IMG/VR virus record: IMGVR_UViG_3300009169_000019
Coordinates: 8,360-72,359 of that record
Direction: 5' to 3' (one strand)
Origin: a virus
Lineage: Duplodnaviria > Caudoviricetes
DNA length: 64,000 nt
A program made the position numbers and the translations under genes. The notes below the pieces were generated by a model. That model had not been told where the DNA came from. It ran no database searches and saw only the letters and a list, made by a program, of their open reading frames with translations. Numbering within the stretch: position 1 is the first letter of the stretch; the number at the start of each line of letters is the position of its first letter. Shown in pieces: positions 34,601 to 40,085 of the stretch.

Positions 34601-34733
34601 ATTTATCAAAATTTAATTCTTTAAAGGGATTTTCTGGAACAAAAGTTTCAAGTGTTCTAATGTTTTGAACTTCAGGAACTATTGGTGTTACCTGTTCTTC
34701 ACCTATGGTTAAATTTTTTAAATTACTTTCCAT
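19695..34733 (-). CDS. giant virion RNA polymerase polyprotein (5012 aa), crAss/phi14:2 gp66-type
   Basis: Catalytic loop GSDFDIDK (23487-23501) preceded by GFRIPTQ and followed by FVDAAKD; ADGQ motif; zincin-like HEAFE; hydrophobic N-terminal helices; C-terminal ASCH-like and NADAR-like domains. Confidence 0.9.
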   Translation of the reverse strand: MESNLKNLTIGEEQVTPIVPEVQNIRTLETFVPENPFKELNFDKLTFDKLTSTSQPQYKLIGLSDADIDRGMALGKQKLQQDPFIQAQRFEAPAVPGFQSALQSDYFQDIGVIPGMDIEETYGSAQTNWNKLSNAIMGSGSLALSQMKDQFLSWGDTVDIFKGDSPFKQSELEAINSWQNDFNNKYHIFQTQEDRNTFWNVSNFSNMIQQSGYAIGAVLEIAAEEFALSALTAATFGGASEIQAARSIQLASKLGKVINNTRNLEKSLQSTNVLRKIFNNSVTKFVNPLQNTAEYITDFSKVARIDQRAFGQGVGALRTTARGFGAFYRDLRMLNAGITEAKATVAPVMNEAYETAIEEYKNINGFEPSEELKTKLKQKAFETVQTEGAVQAAWIALTDKIAFDGILRTFKGTRFLDDDLVAKGIFTNTKKTIKEGGDLFVAKKGVAAFTHQLKTSPFKTLIKFPLEYAKTNVVEGLQETGQDVIDSATKQWYLYNYGTEQQRLNQKGINDFLYAGAKEQLTMDGLKTFMSGFLTGGILNVLGGGIKGAKSLYDKTVNTDGYKSSVQRANEERNKLVALLNQSTNNKTDFYRSLVELDSSMRLNGKEGRKKEYWDSKNDFINKYVLNIVKSGMEDVIIDRMKESISDLNPDEFKQAYAGSLYDGLSEEQSKNVMTGLVSTFESKVKEVKDTYEKIRDNYGNPYNPKNYKVGTPEYNAEVANYMAAEEAINQMAFSKSTYLDVAKRQKEILTNIKNNFPNLNFNSLYSLTSPSITLKKELELLQKEFEATSDPKLKEEKKQKLDLFNKYKESVEKYSAQIEEAGDNVDEIKKIKAEFLKENSQAISEILKLDNPDVSVITTTDVINNAVGDIFDYLRLQTDFEDAVSYFNTIANPAGFEGLHQAHLGEIMEMMGDTKMYEDAGKDYIEKNPKNNKHFVLRLKNKYVLFSPKGTYVDKFETIEEANSIAEQLDEIYDENANRITIDVVDINGEPGSIQIVENNFYLTEDKKLKKSKYTKNIIKIVSIEGDNITYQLNYQPTLETKTAEEFANEFGLLKNFKNLDLFERFFYVNRDKQFRIKINKKYSKPHRLDENDYTDTSVSVDAALVGEYTEDGVFKLYMQYKNPNSKSKMKVIKVPFNLKYYEKYALKRQPSGFGLIIDSINKEILLQEAEKQNVQDLEDQQSALVNLINRVEEKLEETKAKKESNSKRLQDLQAELELFQEELASAQDYIEKNPPSKTGRKKAEYIKMKEKINSFPNAIQSIESTIVNLNEELEDLNTLNESLVEARNNYYNALDEIEKTKEVFQTDETGTIYGEAESKLEDYRKELITKRYSKEQVDKLVEDTEFEIEELKELIEKFKEFSERAKEIWKKLSKYIDVIDILNSDNSKAWLTKYLKEIEDNSQDADKIEFLKFLRKGIVQNNLYSQVVFNLSGAFKNAKNAFDKINNELYPKLQRLQQASAQLGELSTLQERVDFLKYIQNELFEEVGYIKERRRIQFETTTAERAKNAKLNPDANIVEVVNGDDLFVSEDEFKRPLIGLTGLYLTTGRHYIDKNDTEINQESGNARFFKFTDNVNVEGGEYFLMPVTRANDPYNITIDENDIKVVVVRKEGENYFPVDIVGNKIDNPTSDNIVYTSLRMNQEQLFGDISSAVEWVEERFTTKGVTKEQITNMIFKYRDFVKNIRATVSENADMYIPITGKTVGQQVMLPMGENGLPQELELQGRVIEENTTDFANLRHPNGQGIKLKVATDKSDGIKPGRLYMKRDDGQIFRLFNRQLTQEEKDNFISLLKYYAKIYQKEKVEKLTTDEEANKNLILSYFKGLVFWATDDNVIESENKFYINQTGMLYRGRTPYDLNPSIIEENKEDIVSELRHQVNNSLLTKTNIPFYVPVVDKDNNVIIDAEYSNYTEYLFKTSTPVVYTNTPLYSETDVNTPQVKSSNLTYRNVDDDFKPIINYKNQSAVTIPGVGGAAIQLVSGQIPIFKFGTATDVSSIEKETAQPEIKQNTNPESITLIPGQIPTFSFKTESQPVAEQVSKNINAETEPISIGKRLEQIQAQGIFVEPVSPEQPKPLSESEKEEALKAFNQSGGVNILSAGLGGVKPNEAYRLQLEQSVIQTEDFKKVEEWFKSKLPNIKVVKVAELIDGKAWGAFKNSIVYIYENAEIGTGFHEAFEAVWNAYLTVQEQNEFVEEFRNREGSFTNPFSKETKNYSEASHYDVREMLAEEFRNYILSEQEQISTEEKGFFGKIKQFFKDLWSTIKKYVGLSKKEKSEGESAINKLFNKINAGNYSNVRFARDISEMGTSYREVVPNTTQEFTTQFIDGLSSYFFQNLHNPNLFTDNKGNFISLNIESLLTEDENNNKILRKLFETSMSNIYEQLFGQGSIFFTNYFAPTFINYQKQIGRNLTVEENNEIKNIAYNKFSEKNRYASMIENAFQNSTIVYNILKQSLQKYGLQFAEVKDGAEEDSAPNELDVVDTSGIRDTIYIDPRRLTATSFKILIGSLTKDIYDSKTNQIYTKKNSLNLPELVDYDATLNLLLNELNGTYSKLEVDQNGEVLFVDALKAMFKKLDEKYFDKKVNQYKPNFVWINKLKKRLKYSGEAINYFTKENINIDDLKLLIGFEKSLMNKKNTPSKLIINEDSSIYLMNALESTNEDRIREEWQGELPRNLKLVTDKEENNNQLLGIDDTGNIVFDKKSVQYREFLKLKNNNDKNISIQTALLYLKDMGVAFTGVEYKENKTISDIPLNIINKRSDVISSFIKIKNSIISNEENSIINIADLYSNIGPESGNMKKLIDIEKIMRYDSSVLTHTTASGETQYSITLPASINYVLSSLNESKTLADFVASNPQFGTAGYDENGEQVVNVFAYQTNSQLLKPGGLIFDENGNKKNNIDYTLISGVTSMDTNGVDTANLTYPDRIMQEINYIINADKEGLKPIYFTIINSDKSSEFGLTFSKPFISARIAEYDIDNPNFNKVLDIYLQHLEDEIDAAIVEKALKSNIQYYSDNVKYLGHFKDVLKFKTEKELKKSGERKSGLQVRFENLLAGKITKEEFLADNVIKELIKNDLKETVNFTIDALIELGIINQITEDQFTTDAINTQVLNDYFQIDSSNITRNQLEKLVKYITINKELAVTEQHKLLYGHPALYKDLAKRANGINSSKDAIVDNPHIISKMDSLIPRFDEKIRASEKIQTFKNISFKDVTAVSNFYKQIAENLYKSILLDGISLTEAQNRVGANFNEDGTFKNFILKDGKFTGEIKAYVELNEADGQGWIMSDMYRDMLFLSGKLSQKQLDQIDYEIAYEVVARSNKSKTDPAYKTYNKGKYAVKWAEGILKKGNPNVPLPVIKPQYFGYAVNTSMMHTVFLKHSVQPKFYRSVEGTEYEKLYLAAQNNQIDVIGFESGEKVGAMLNPKTGEFVSIIKNDGAVNIELKNKQWQLPSGLPVQSLYTKFYGIQSEQPAVYKNKVVRGTQLTKLIMSNFKVNGKYINDRAEVLITNYNRLIENIVKKGKEQLLVELGITKEKDGSYTVNDYTNMINLLRKELTKRDLPSNLVDALDVNPNTKGLLYRFDTLANRDKIDNILNSIMDSRVISAKMFGKPAVQVAFTGYNSTNRTMMYLKDGVYTEMKPDDQLTEDETKSLIPTSSDLKFYELKDGKISKMEIYIPWYFENVEPEDFGMKLVNGVYQIPANMDKRLLNMIGFRIPTQGMNSIENIVVKGFLPRESGDMIVVPTEIVGKAGSDFDIDKMNLYIPNYKLKYTRFTKETINDFKSTDYYKDLPKTVKNKIKNLTEEEFKDMVEDLNQFSAGSGLGKFGDLEDYLVAQNITGEDYIFYTTFKDALIKYNKYRKDVIKNNRINNKAFTPIIESIEYVEIGQDSMESLQNELRETMEELISMPENYRQLIMPNSTATLKSLANEINDLKGKKDAENSMLALRKFIQSAETRERYLTGKRLVGIAALQSTSHIMSQISDIVLSGKYEVSKMKFLVKYDPEFKTEDGKYVKAISINLSHNESKLGEFYINAKTDAEGRWISENISEALSGFVDAAKDPFVFSLNINFNTAGTWFYLQKLGVPMKEIAYLFNQPAVENFMKSENMNNSIFRKVNKNVTFREQIFINSISKYVKIYNNEMSSVIDQINEKTNILNTTESLNEQEVINLRVEIKALKEKLFQGINEIKNKYKKPTVDELKNAIKNLNNPKYKITEDDAAMQIMLLTDYLDYVEQSSYLTEFIGAIGYDNKKTKTIIENQLQLIRWNRMLEAGFIKNPDSILDKTFIGEMKKQKEDLFSVFENMFISLDRRAYPVFEKMYEFLEDREKFISNDDKSLLINKYQRFFITYVIQNTNFKLGEIETNISAKFKELMMGENSITKQLQLLKNSEDYNISQNLAIKELIPIFANNVDDQDNIKLFRNKMTTFKNDVLIESINNLLDYAKASGNTQLENFVYNLSIFSILQSGLQDSTINYTKILPAHLYSQVVNSILDVYMNSEFTIDPNLVWKQFHQNNKSDRNIVIRPQFKKFEKYTGNVLLDTDYSDSNYEYIATSKRKNGITDSQIEKLKKFGKLYKAFDTYLHQRIGYKTIQGKFKEREYAIYSPIVASGDGRNYTETSMENQLQSNLKKNNIVTPEGYKKPSQYEETPSISSLASVPAVTQETLRNLQEATQAAIQTLQQLNPQAAATILNQPTLQTSIQKQQPLGEIKLNIIEDWVQTGQATTTVRNSSYHNSFYKGDGVYTTDKGNLVNITHRGFVKLQGDKVVGNGFSYTKDEFAKAEGFGTWANFEKGAKYAGKTLMDGGSVHLYNITPATKVVQPSASVQPKGTINVYWGQAESTTSTRILSNLAPRKFSYESIDGVTREYGSVEHAYQSNKNGKFDKVTYDAYVAKGGYGVKIAPKLTEVGKRANLQIMKDLVVESFIQNPNSEAAKKLLQYENFTHNTNELIDKAFLEGLKLAQQRLLSSQQSTSVEGAEVVSGKTITLKDAVSYPVSKINSKLLESIGYTPLQIGNILKSIC

Positions 34734-34788
34734 GTATATTGTTTATTTACTATTTGTAAAATTAAATAAAATGTGCTAAACTAACTAA

Positions 34789-37700
34789 TTATCTGCTAAT
34801 ATAATAACCATTGTTTTTCATTCTGGATATATACTCTTCATTGGTTTCTCCTGGTAATTTTACTGTACTTTTTTGTTGTGTTGCTTGCTGTACAGGATTT
34901 TGCATTATTAATTTTTCTTGTTGAGCTTTTTGTTTAAGATAGCTTTTAATTCCATTAGCATTATTAAACGTCTGTTCTCTAAGTGTTCTTAATATGTTAT
35001 CAACCCCAAATGTTTTATCATAATATTCTATTTTCCTTTCTCCATCTACAAATGAATTTGTAGCAGGATTATACCCTTTCATAGAATATGTTAATACAAG
35101 TTGATCATTAGCTCCTTGATTTAATGTATAATCATAATACAACTCATTTTTTTCATAATCTGAAGCTTTAATTCCCTCAGATAACATTTTATCAGTAATT
35201 ACACTTGACATATAATCATCCTTTGCAAAAGTGCTAAAAACATTTTTATTAATATCTAACGATATACCATTTTTAATTATTGAAGAAATAATAGGTTCTA
35301 GTTGTGTTTTAATTTGCATATCACCTTTTATTGCTAAACTTGCAATATTATCTATTAATTTTTTAGTATCAAATTCTAATTTAACATTTGATTTATCAGC
35401 GTTTGTTCCTGTATAAGATAAATAAGCATTAGATAAAGATTTATCTAAAACAGTTTGATTTCCAAATAATTCTCCTAAAACTTTAATTAAAGCATCTTCA
35501 TCTACATCTTTTTTTAGTTGTTCCCAGTTTGATGGTTTAATAGTTGTTGTTCCTTTTATTAAATTATCTCTATTATCAGCTACTGCTGATGTAGCAATGG
35601 AAGTAGCTTTATCTCTTGTAAGGTCTTCTGTGTTATTAGAATATCTCAATTGTCTACTAAATATCCATGTATCTATATCTTCACCACGTTTTGAAGCAAA
35701 TTGCTGAAATGATTTTGACCTATCTAATTCATATTGTTTTAATTTATTAGAAACATCATTTGGCATACCAATTTTTTCAACAAGTTCTGTAAGATCATAT
35801 ATTTTTTCACCATCGTTATATTCATAATGCTTTTCTGTAATAACATTTGGATCATTTTTATCACCATAATATTCTCTTCTATTTACTGGTTCAACATTAA
35901 GTCTTCCATCTATAAAAGCTTGTGCAATATCCTGTGGTAATTTACCATAAGAAATCAAGTTTTCATTTGTTAGTGCCGTGTTTGGTAAAAGCCAATATTT
36001 TGTATCTGCTTTATAAACAGGTATATCTTTTGCTAAATCTATAACATATTGTGAATCAATCGGTTTGAAATTTCCATATTTATCTTTACTTTGTACAACA
36101 CTAATAAATTCTTTTTTAGGAATCCGTTTATAATATTGTTGTTGAAAATCATTATCTATTTTTGATATTACGTTATATTTCTTAGCTGCATCTTCATATT
36201 CAATTCTATTACGCATAAACTCAGGACTTTGACTAGCAAAAGTATTTGTTGACGCGTGTGTTATAAGTTGATTTAACTGAGATGCTGGCGATTGAGTAAA
36301 TGCGGTAATATCATCGCCAAGAATTTTTTTATCTTTTAATTCATTAAAAGCTGATTCTATTTCAGACTTTAAAAATTTGGGATCGTACTTTCCACCAGAA
36401 GCATAATGATTTAAATAATCAACATATTTATTAAAATTTGAAATAGTTAATAAATCACTTTGATTTAATGCATTAGCAGCACTAGTAGTCATTAAGTTAC
36501 GAGTAGAACTTAAATTATTAGCAAATGTTTTATAGTATGAATCTTCAGGCTGTCTTTGTTGTCCATATATACTTTCAACTGTTGGAACATTTTGTTGTTC
36601 ACTTTGAGTTAGGTTTTTTCTAAGTTTTGTAGTAGTACCAGCTGGAGCTGCTGTTCCTGGAATCATATTAGTAGTTGTTCCAGTTGCACCAATAATAGCA
36701 TCAACATTACCATCACCATCTGTATCTATATATCTGTCATTTGCAAATCCTTGTTGTTGTCTTCTTTCTTGAGATTCCAATCTTGCATTAAGCATCTCAA
36801 ATTGTAAATCTATTTTTTGAGAAGCTACATATGAAGCATCAGACGTTATTTCTTGTTTAGATGCAGCACCTCTTGCTTTTGCATTTTCTATTATAAATCT
36901 ATCTTTAAATAATTCTGTAAAATAATCTTCACCTTTTGTATTATAAAAATCACTACTTTGTAAACTACTAATCTTACTATTATAATTATTAATTGTAGAT
37001 TGTAAACCACTATATAATTTTTCTTTTTCAAGATAATCTTTATATTCTTTAGAATCAGTGGTTAAAATACCAAGTGCTAATTTACCTTTTTCTGGATTAA
37101 AAAGTGATTCTTTTATTGTATTTAACTCTTTTTCTAATCCTTCGTATTTATCATCACCTTTAAGTTGTGCATTATAAATTTTAAGTTTTTCATTATATGT
37201 TGCAATATTATTAGCAGCATAGTTTTCTTTTACAGAACGTTGTGCTTTTTCTTTAGACATTTCTGGATTTGCAGACATTAAATTAAAAACAGATGATTCA
37301 AATTGTGTAACACCTTGCACCTTAAATATATCATTTATATCAGGTCTGTTTTTTACTATACTATTTAAAACATCCTCATAAAGTTCAGAAGTACCTTGAC
37401 CATTTGTTATTTTATGAATATATCCAGGTGTTGTATATGATTGCACAATTCCATCACTATATCCTAAATTTTTTAATTCTTTTGTTATTTCACTATTAAC
37501 ATCAATATATGGTATAAATGGTCTAATCTGTACATTCTCTATAGAACCATCACCACGTTTTGTTAATGCCATTTCTTTTCTAAAAAGGTCTACATAAACA
37601 CGTCCATATTCCCATGCTTGATCTCTATCTTCTTTTTTATCAGAAGTTCTTAATTTTTCATAACGGCTTACTTCTTGTTGATATTGTTTACTTTTAGTAT

Positions 37701-38025
37701 AATCGTTTAAAAAGTCTTCGTCTTCCCAAAGTGGAGAAAACAATCTTTCAGCTTGTTCAACATTTTGTGAAATAGATAAGTCTTGCGTAGAAATAGTTTT
37801 TAAAGCATTTTTTGTTTGATCTAAAAACTTTTTTCTAAACTCTACATTGTCTGGACTTGACAATAAACTATTTGTTATCTTGGAATAAGCATTAGAAATT
37901 TCATCATAACCTTTCTCATATCTAGCTGTTGCCTTTTGTAAGGCATTTGCTAAATAAGGAAAATTAGGAGTGTATTGTACAGGATTAAAACCGTTATCTG
38001 TAACACCAGGCAAATATGTACTCAT
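34789..38025 (-). CDS. large virion cargo/ejection protein (1078 aa)
   Basis: Immediately upstream of the vRNAP gene; helical N-terminus MSTYLPGVTD...; no catalytic motif recognised. Confidence 0.6.
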   Translation of the reverse strand: MSTYLPGVTDNGFNPVQYTPNFPYLANALQKATARYEKGYDEISNAYSKITNSLLSSPDNVEFRKKFLDQTKNALKTISTQDLSISQNVEQAERLFSPLWEDEDFLNDYTKSKQYQQEVSRYEKLRTSDKKEDRDQAWEYGRVYVDLFRKEMALTKRGDGSIENVQIRPFIPYIDVNSEITKELKNLGYSDGIVQSYTTPGYIHKITNGQGTSELYEDVLNSIVKNRPDINDIFKVQGVTQFESSVFNLMSANPEMSKEKAQRSVKENYAANNIATYNEKLKIYNAQLKGDDKYEGLEKELNTIKESLFNPEKGKLALGILTTDSKEYKDYLEKEKLYSGLQSTINNYNSKISSLQSSDFYNTKGEDYFTELFKDRFIIENAKARGAASKQEITSDASYVASQKIDLQFEMLNARLESQERRQQQGFANDRYIDTDGDGNVDAIIGATGTTTNMIPGTAAPAGTTTKLRKNLTQSEQQNVPTVESIYGQQRQPEDSYYKTFANNLSSTRNLMTTSAANALNQSDLLTISNFNKYVDYLNHYASGGKYDPKFLKSEIESAFNELKDKKILGDDITAFTQSPASQLNQLITHASTNTFASQSPEFMRNRIEYEDAAKKYNVISKIDNDFQQQYYKRIPKKEFISVVQSKDKYGNFKPIDSQYVIDLAKDIPVYKADTKYWLLPNTALTNENLISYGKLPQDIAQAFIDGRLNVEPVNRREYYGDKNDPNVITEKHYEYNDGEKIYDLTELVEKIGMPNDVSNKLKQYELDRSKSFQQFASKRGEDIDTWIFSRQLRYSNNTEDLTRDKATSIATSAVADNRDNLIKGTTTIKPSNWEQLKKDVDEDALIKVLGELFGNQTVLDKSLSNAYLSYTGTNADKSNVKLEFDTKKLIDNIASLAIKGDMQIKTQLEPIISSIIKNGISLDINKNVFSTFAKDDYMSSVITDKMLSEGIKASDYEKNELYYDYTLNQGANDQLVLTYSMKGYNPATNSFVDGERKIEYYDKTFGVDNILRTLREQTFNNANGIKSYLKQKAQQEKLIMQNPVQQATQQKSTVKLPGETNEEYISRMKNNGYYISR

Positions 38026-38035
38026 TTCTATGTAT

Positions 38036-38051
38036 TATATTATAAATATAC
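38036..38051 (-). promoter_or_regulatory. candidate late-promoter motif GTATATTTATAATATA
   Basis: One of four similar intergenic motifs upstream of - strand genes. Confidence 0.45.
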
Positions 38052-38075
38052 TTTATAAAGTTAAGACTAAAAAAC

Positions 38076-38092
38076 CAAACTTATTAAGTTTG
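38076..38092. repeat. 17-bp palindrome CAAACTT-ATT-AAGTTTG
   Basis: Perfect inverted repeat with the same core as 42952-42968. Confidence 0.6.
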
Positions 38093-38098
38093 CTATAT

Positions 38099-40075
38099 TT
38101 AATTTCTAGACTTTCTACCTTTTGTTTGGTCATTCATCATTCCTTGTTGCATTTTCATATAATCTAGATATTCACTTACACTCATATTAGCATCTTTTGC
38201 TGCTTGTGCAATATCTTTTGCACTCATTTTTCCTGTATCAGATTGACTATTAAAAAATCCCTGCATAGATTTAGGACTATGAAAATATATAGTTCCAGTT
38301 CCAGGTCTAACACCATAATAAGGACTTTCAGTCATACTCATATTATAAAGATCAGCTGCATTTCTTTGACCTTGTGTATAAGCTTGCAAAACACCTGTAC
38401 GTGCTTGTCTCATAGCATTCTGATATTGTTGCTCACCTATTACACCAGCATCATATAGACGTTTTGCTCTTTGAGCATCAAATTGTGCTTGTTGATTAGC
38501 TGTATTAGCAGCTTGCTGTGCAGCTTGATTTCCAATGGCAACATTTTGATTAGCATATTGTCCAATAATATCAGCAGCATTTTTACCAAATTGTCCAGCG
38601 TTAAAACTATATCTGGATTGTGGACCAGCAAACATACCGGCAGCTTGTCTTGCAGCATTCATTTGTTCTGCGTTTGCAGCCAAAGCTCTGTTAGGATCAA
38701 GAAATGAAACTTCAGGTCTTTGAAATTTCATAGTTGGTTCAAAAGGATTAAACTTTCTAACACCTGCCATATTAACTATTGAATTCAAAAGATTAAGTTT
38801 ATCAGGATTTGTCCAACCATATTTAATTGGAGAACTGTTATATGTTGTTATATTATACGCTTGTTCATTACCATCTTCTTCTTCATTTATAATATTAGGT
38901 TCATATTCAATTACACCTTCCTGCATCAAGTCTTTTTTGGGTGCAGTATTAAGATCTAATGAACGTGATTCAGCTTGTTTAAATGTAGTACCATATATAT
39001 CATTAAATTCAGAAGGTTTTCTTGGTCTTTCCATTTCTACATTGGGACCAGGTTCCATAAAATCTTCTGCAATATTAATTTTAGAAGGCTCGTTATTTTG
39101 AGAACCATTTCGATATTTATAAAAACCACCATATTTCATTCCTCCTCCATACATCATACTACCACCATACATTGCTTCAACTGGATTTTTCATTTCTTCT
39201 CTAGGATTCTCTTCTATTTGTTCTTGAGATTCAACATCAGAAGCTTGCATCATCTTTGCATAATATTCTTGTGCAATATTGGGAATACCTTGCGGATATC
39301 CTTTCTTACCTTCTTGTACAAGAGCAAGTTGTGCTAATTTCTTATTATAATTTTGAATCATCAGCTCTGCTGTACGTTTCTTAATAGAATCAGCTCTAGG
39401 ATCTTCAAGAATAGCTTTATACTTATTAAGATCATATTGTTTAGCTAATTGGGCCGGAGTAAATTTTTTAGATGATTTTTCAGACTTACCAAATACACTA
39501 AGCACAGAACCGCCCATTTTCATCTTCTTTGTATCAGAAAAAATAAATGTACCTTCAGGAACATTTAATGGTACACCACCTTCAGTGTGTCTTTTACCTT
39601 TTATATTGTAATGACTTTTAGTTCCATCTTCTTTTGGAACTACAGCAGTTTCACCACCCTCTGCTTCAATGTTTGCATACTCTCTTGGAACAGCAGACAA
39701 CGTATTATTAACATCTAACTCTTCATCAGTATCTTGATTCATCCAAAGTCTTCTAGAACCAAGATCTAATCCATATCCCATCTGACCACCATAAGCAGCA
39801 GTTTGCATATCATACCCCATATTAGAATCTTGGTCTTGTGATTCAACACCTTGCAATTCTTGATACATTTGCATAATGGTTTGTTTTTGTTCTTCTTCTT
39901 CCATTTGTTGAAGTTGTTGAACAAGTTGTTGAGGATCGACATTTTTAGCTTGAGCATATGCTTGTATAACTTGCATAATTTGCTCTTGAGGATTACCACT
40001 TTGTTGTTGCATTGTCATATCTCCACCATCTTGATATTTAGCAGGATACTTTTTTATTTTGACTTTGTATTTCAT
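38099..40075 (-). CDS. virion cargo protein (658 aa) with xxGG motifs and Gln-rich regions
   Basis: NIEAEGGE...GKRHTEGGVPL...FIFSD domain; YQDGG, AAYGG, AMYGG-SMMYGG-GMKYGG; Q/A/N-rich C-terminus. Confidence 0.65.
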   Translation of the reverse strand: MKYKVKIKKYPAKYQDGGDMTMQQQSGNPQEQIMQVIQAYAQAKNVDPQQLVQQLQQMEEEEQKQTIMQMYQELQGVESQDQDSNMGYDMQTAAYGGQMGYGLDLGSRRLWMNQDTDEELDVNNTLSAVPREYANIEAEGGETAVVPKEDGTKSHYNIKGKRHTEGGVPLNVPEGTFIFSDTKKMKMGGSVLSVFGKSEKSSKKFTPAQLAKQYDLNKYKAILEDPRADSIKKRTAELMIQNYNKKLAQLALVQEGKKGYPQGIPNIAQEYYAKMMQASDVESQEQIEENPREEMKNPVEAMYGGSMMYGGGMKYGGFYKYRNGSQNNEPSKINIAEDFMEPGPNVEMERPRKPSEFNDIYGTTFKQAESRSLDLNTAPKKDLMQEGVIEYEPNIINEEEDGNEQAYNITTYNSSPIKYGWTNPDKLNLLNSIVNMAGVRKFNPFEPTMKFQRPEVSFLDPNRALAANAEQMNAARQAAGMFAGPQSRYSFNAGQFGKNAADIIGQYANQNVAIGNQAAQQAANTANQQAQFDAQRAKRLYDAGVIGEQQYQNAMRQARTGVLQAYTQGQRNAADLYNMSMTESPYYGVRPGTGTIYFHSPKSMQGFFNSQSDTGKMSAKDIAQAAKDANMSVSEYLDYMKMQQGMMNDQTKGRKSRN

Positions 40076-40085
40076 TATTGTAAAT

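Noticed and set aside
36690-36735. EF-hand-like DTDGDGNVD in the 1078-aa protein
   Set aside because: A single isolated DxDxDG loop in a low-complexity linker; too little to assign Ca binding.
39110-39175. Short tandem CCACCATAC-like repeats as a CRISPR array or DGR repeat
   Set aside because: They are the coding sequence of tandem MYGG motifs; no spacers, cas genes or reverse transcriptase are present.
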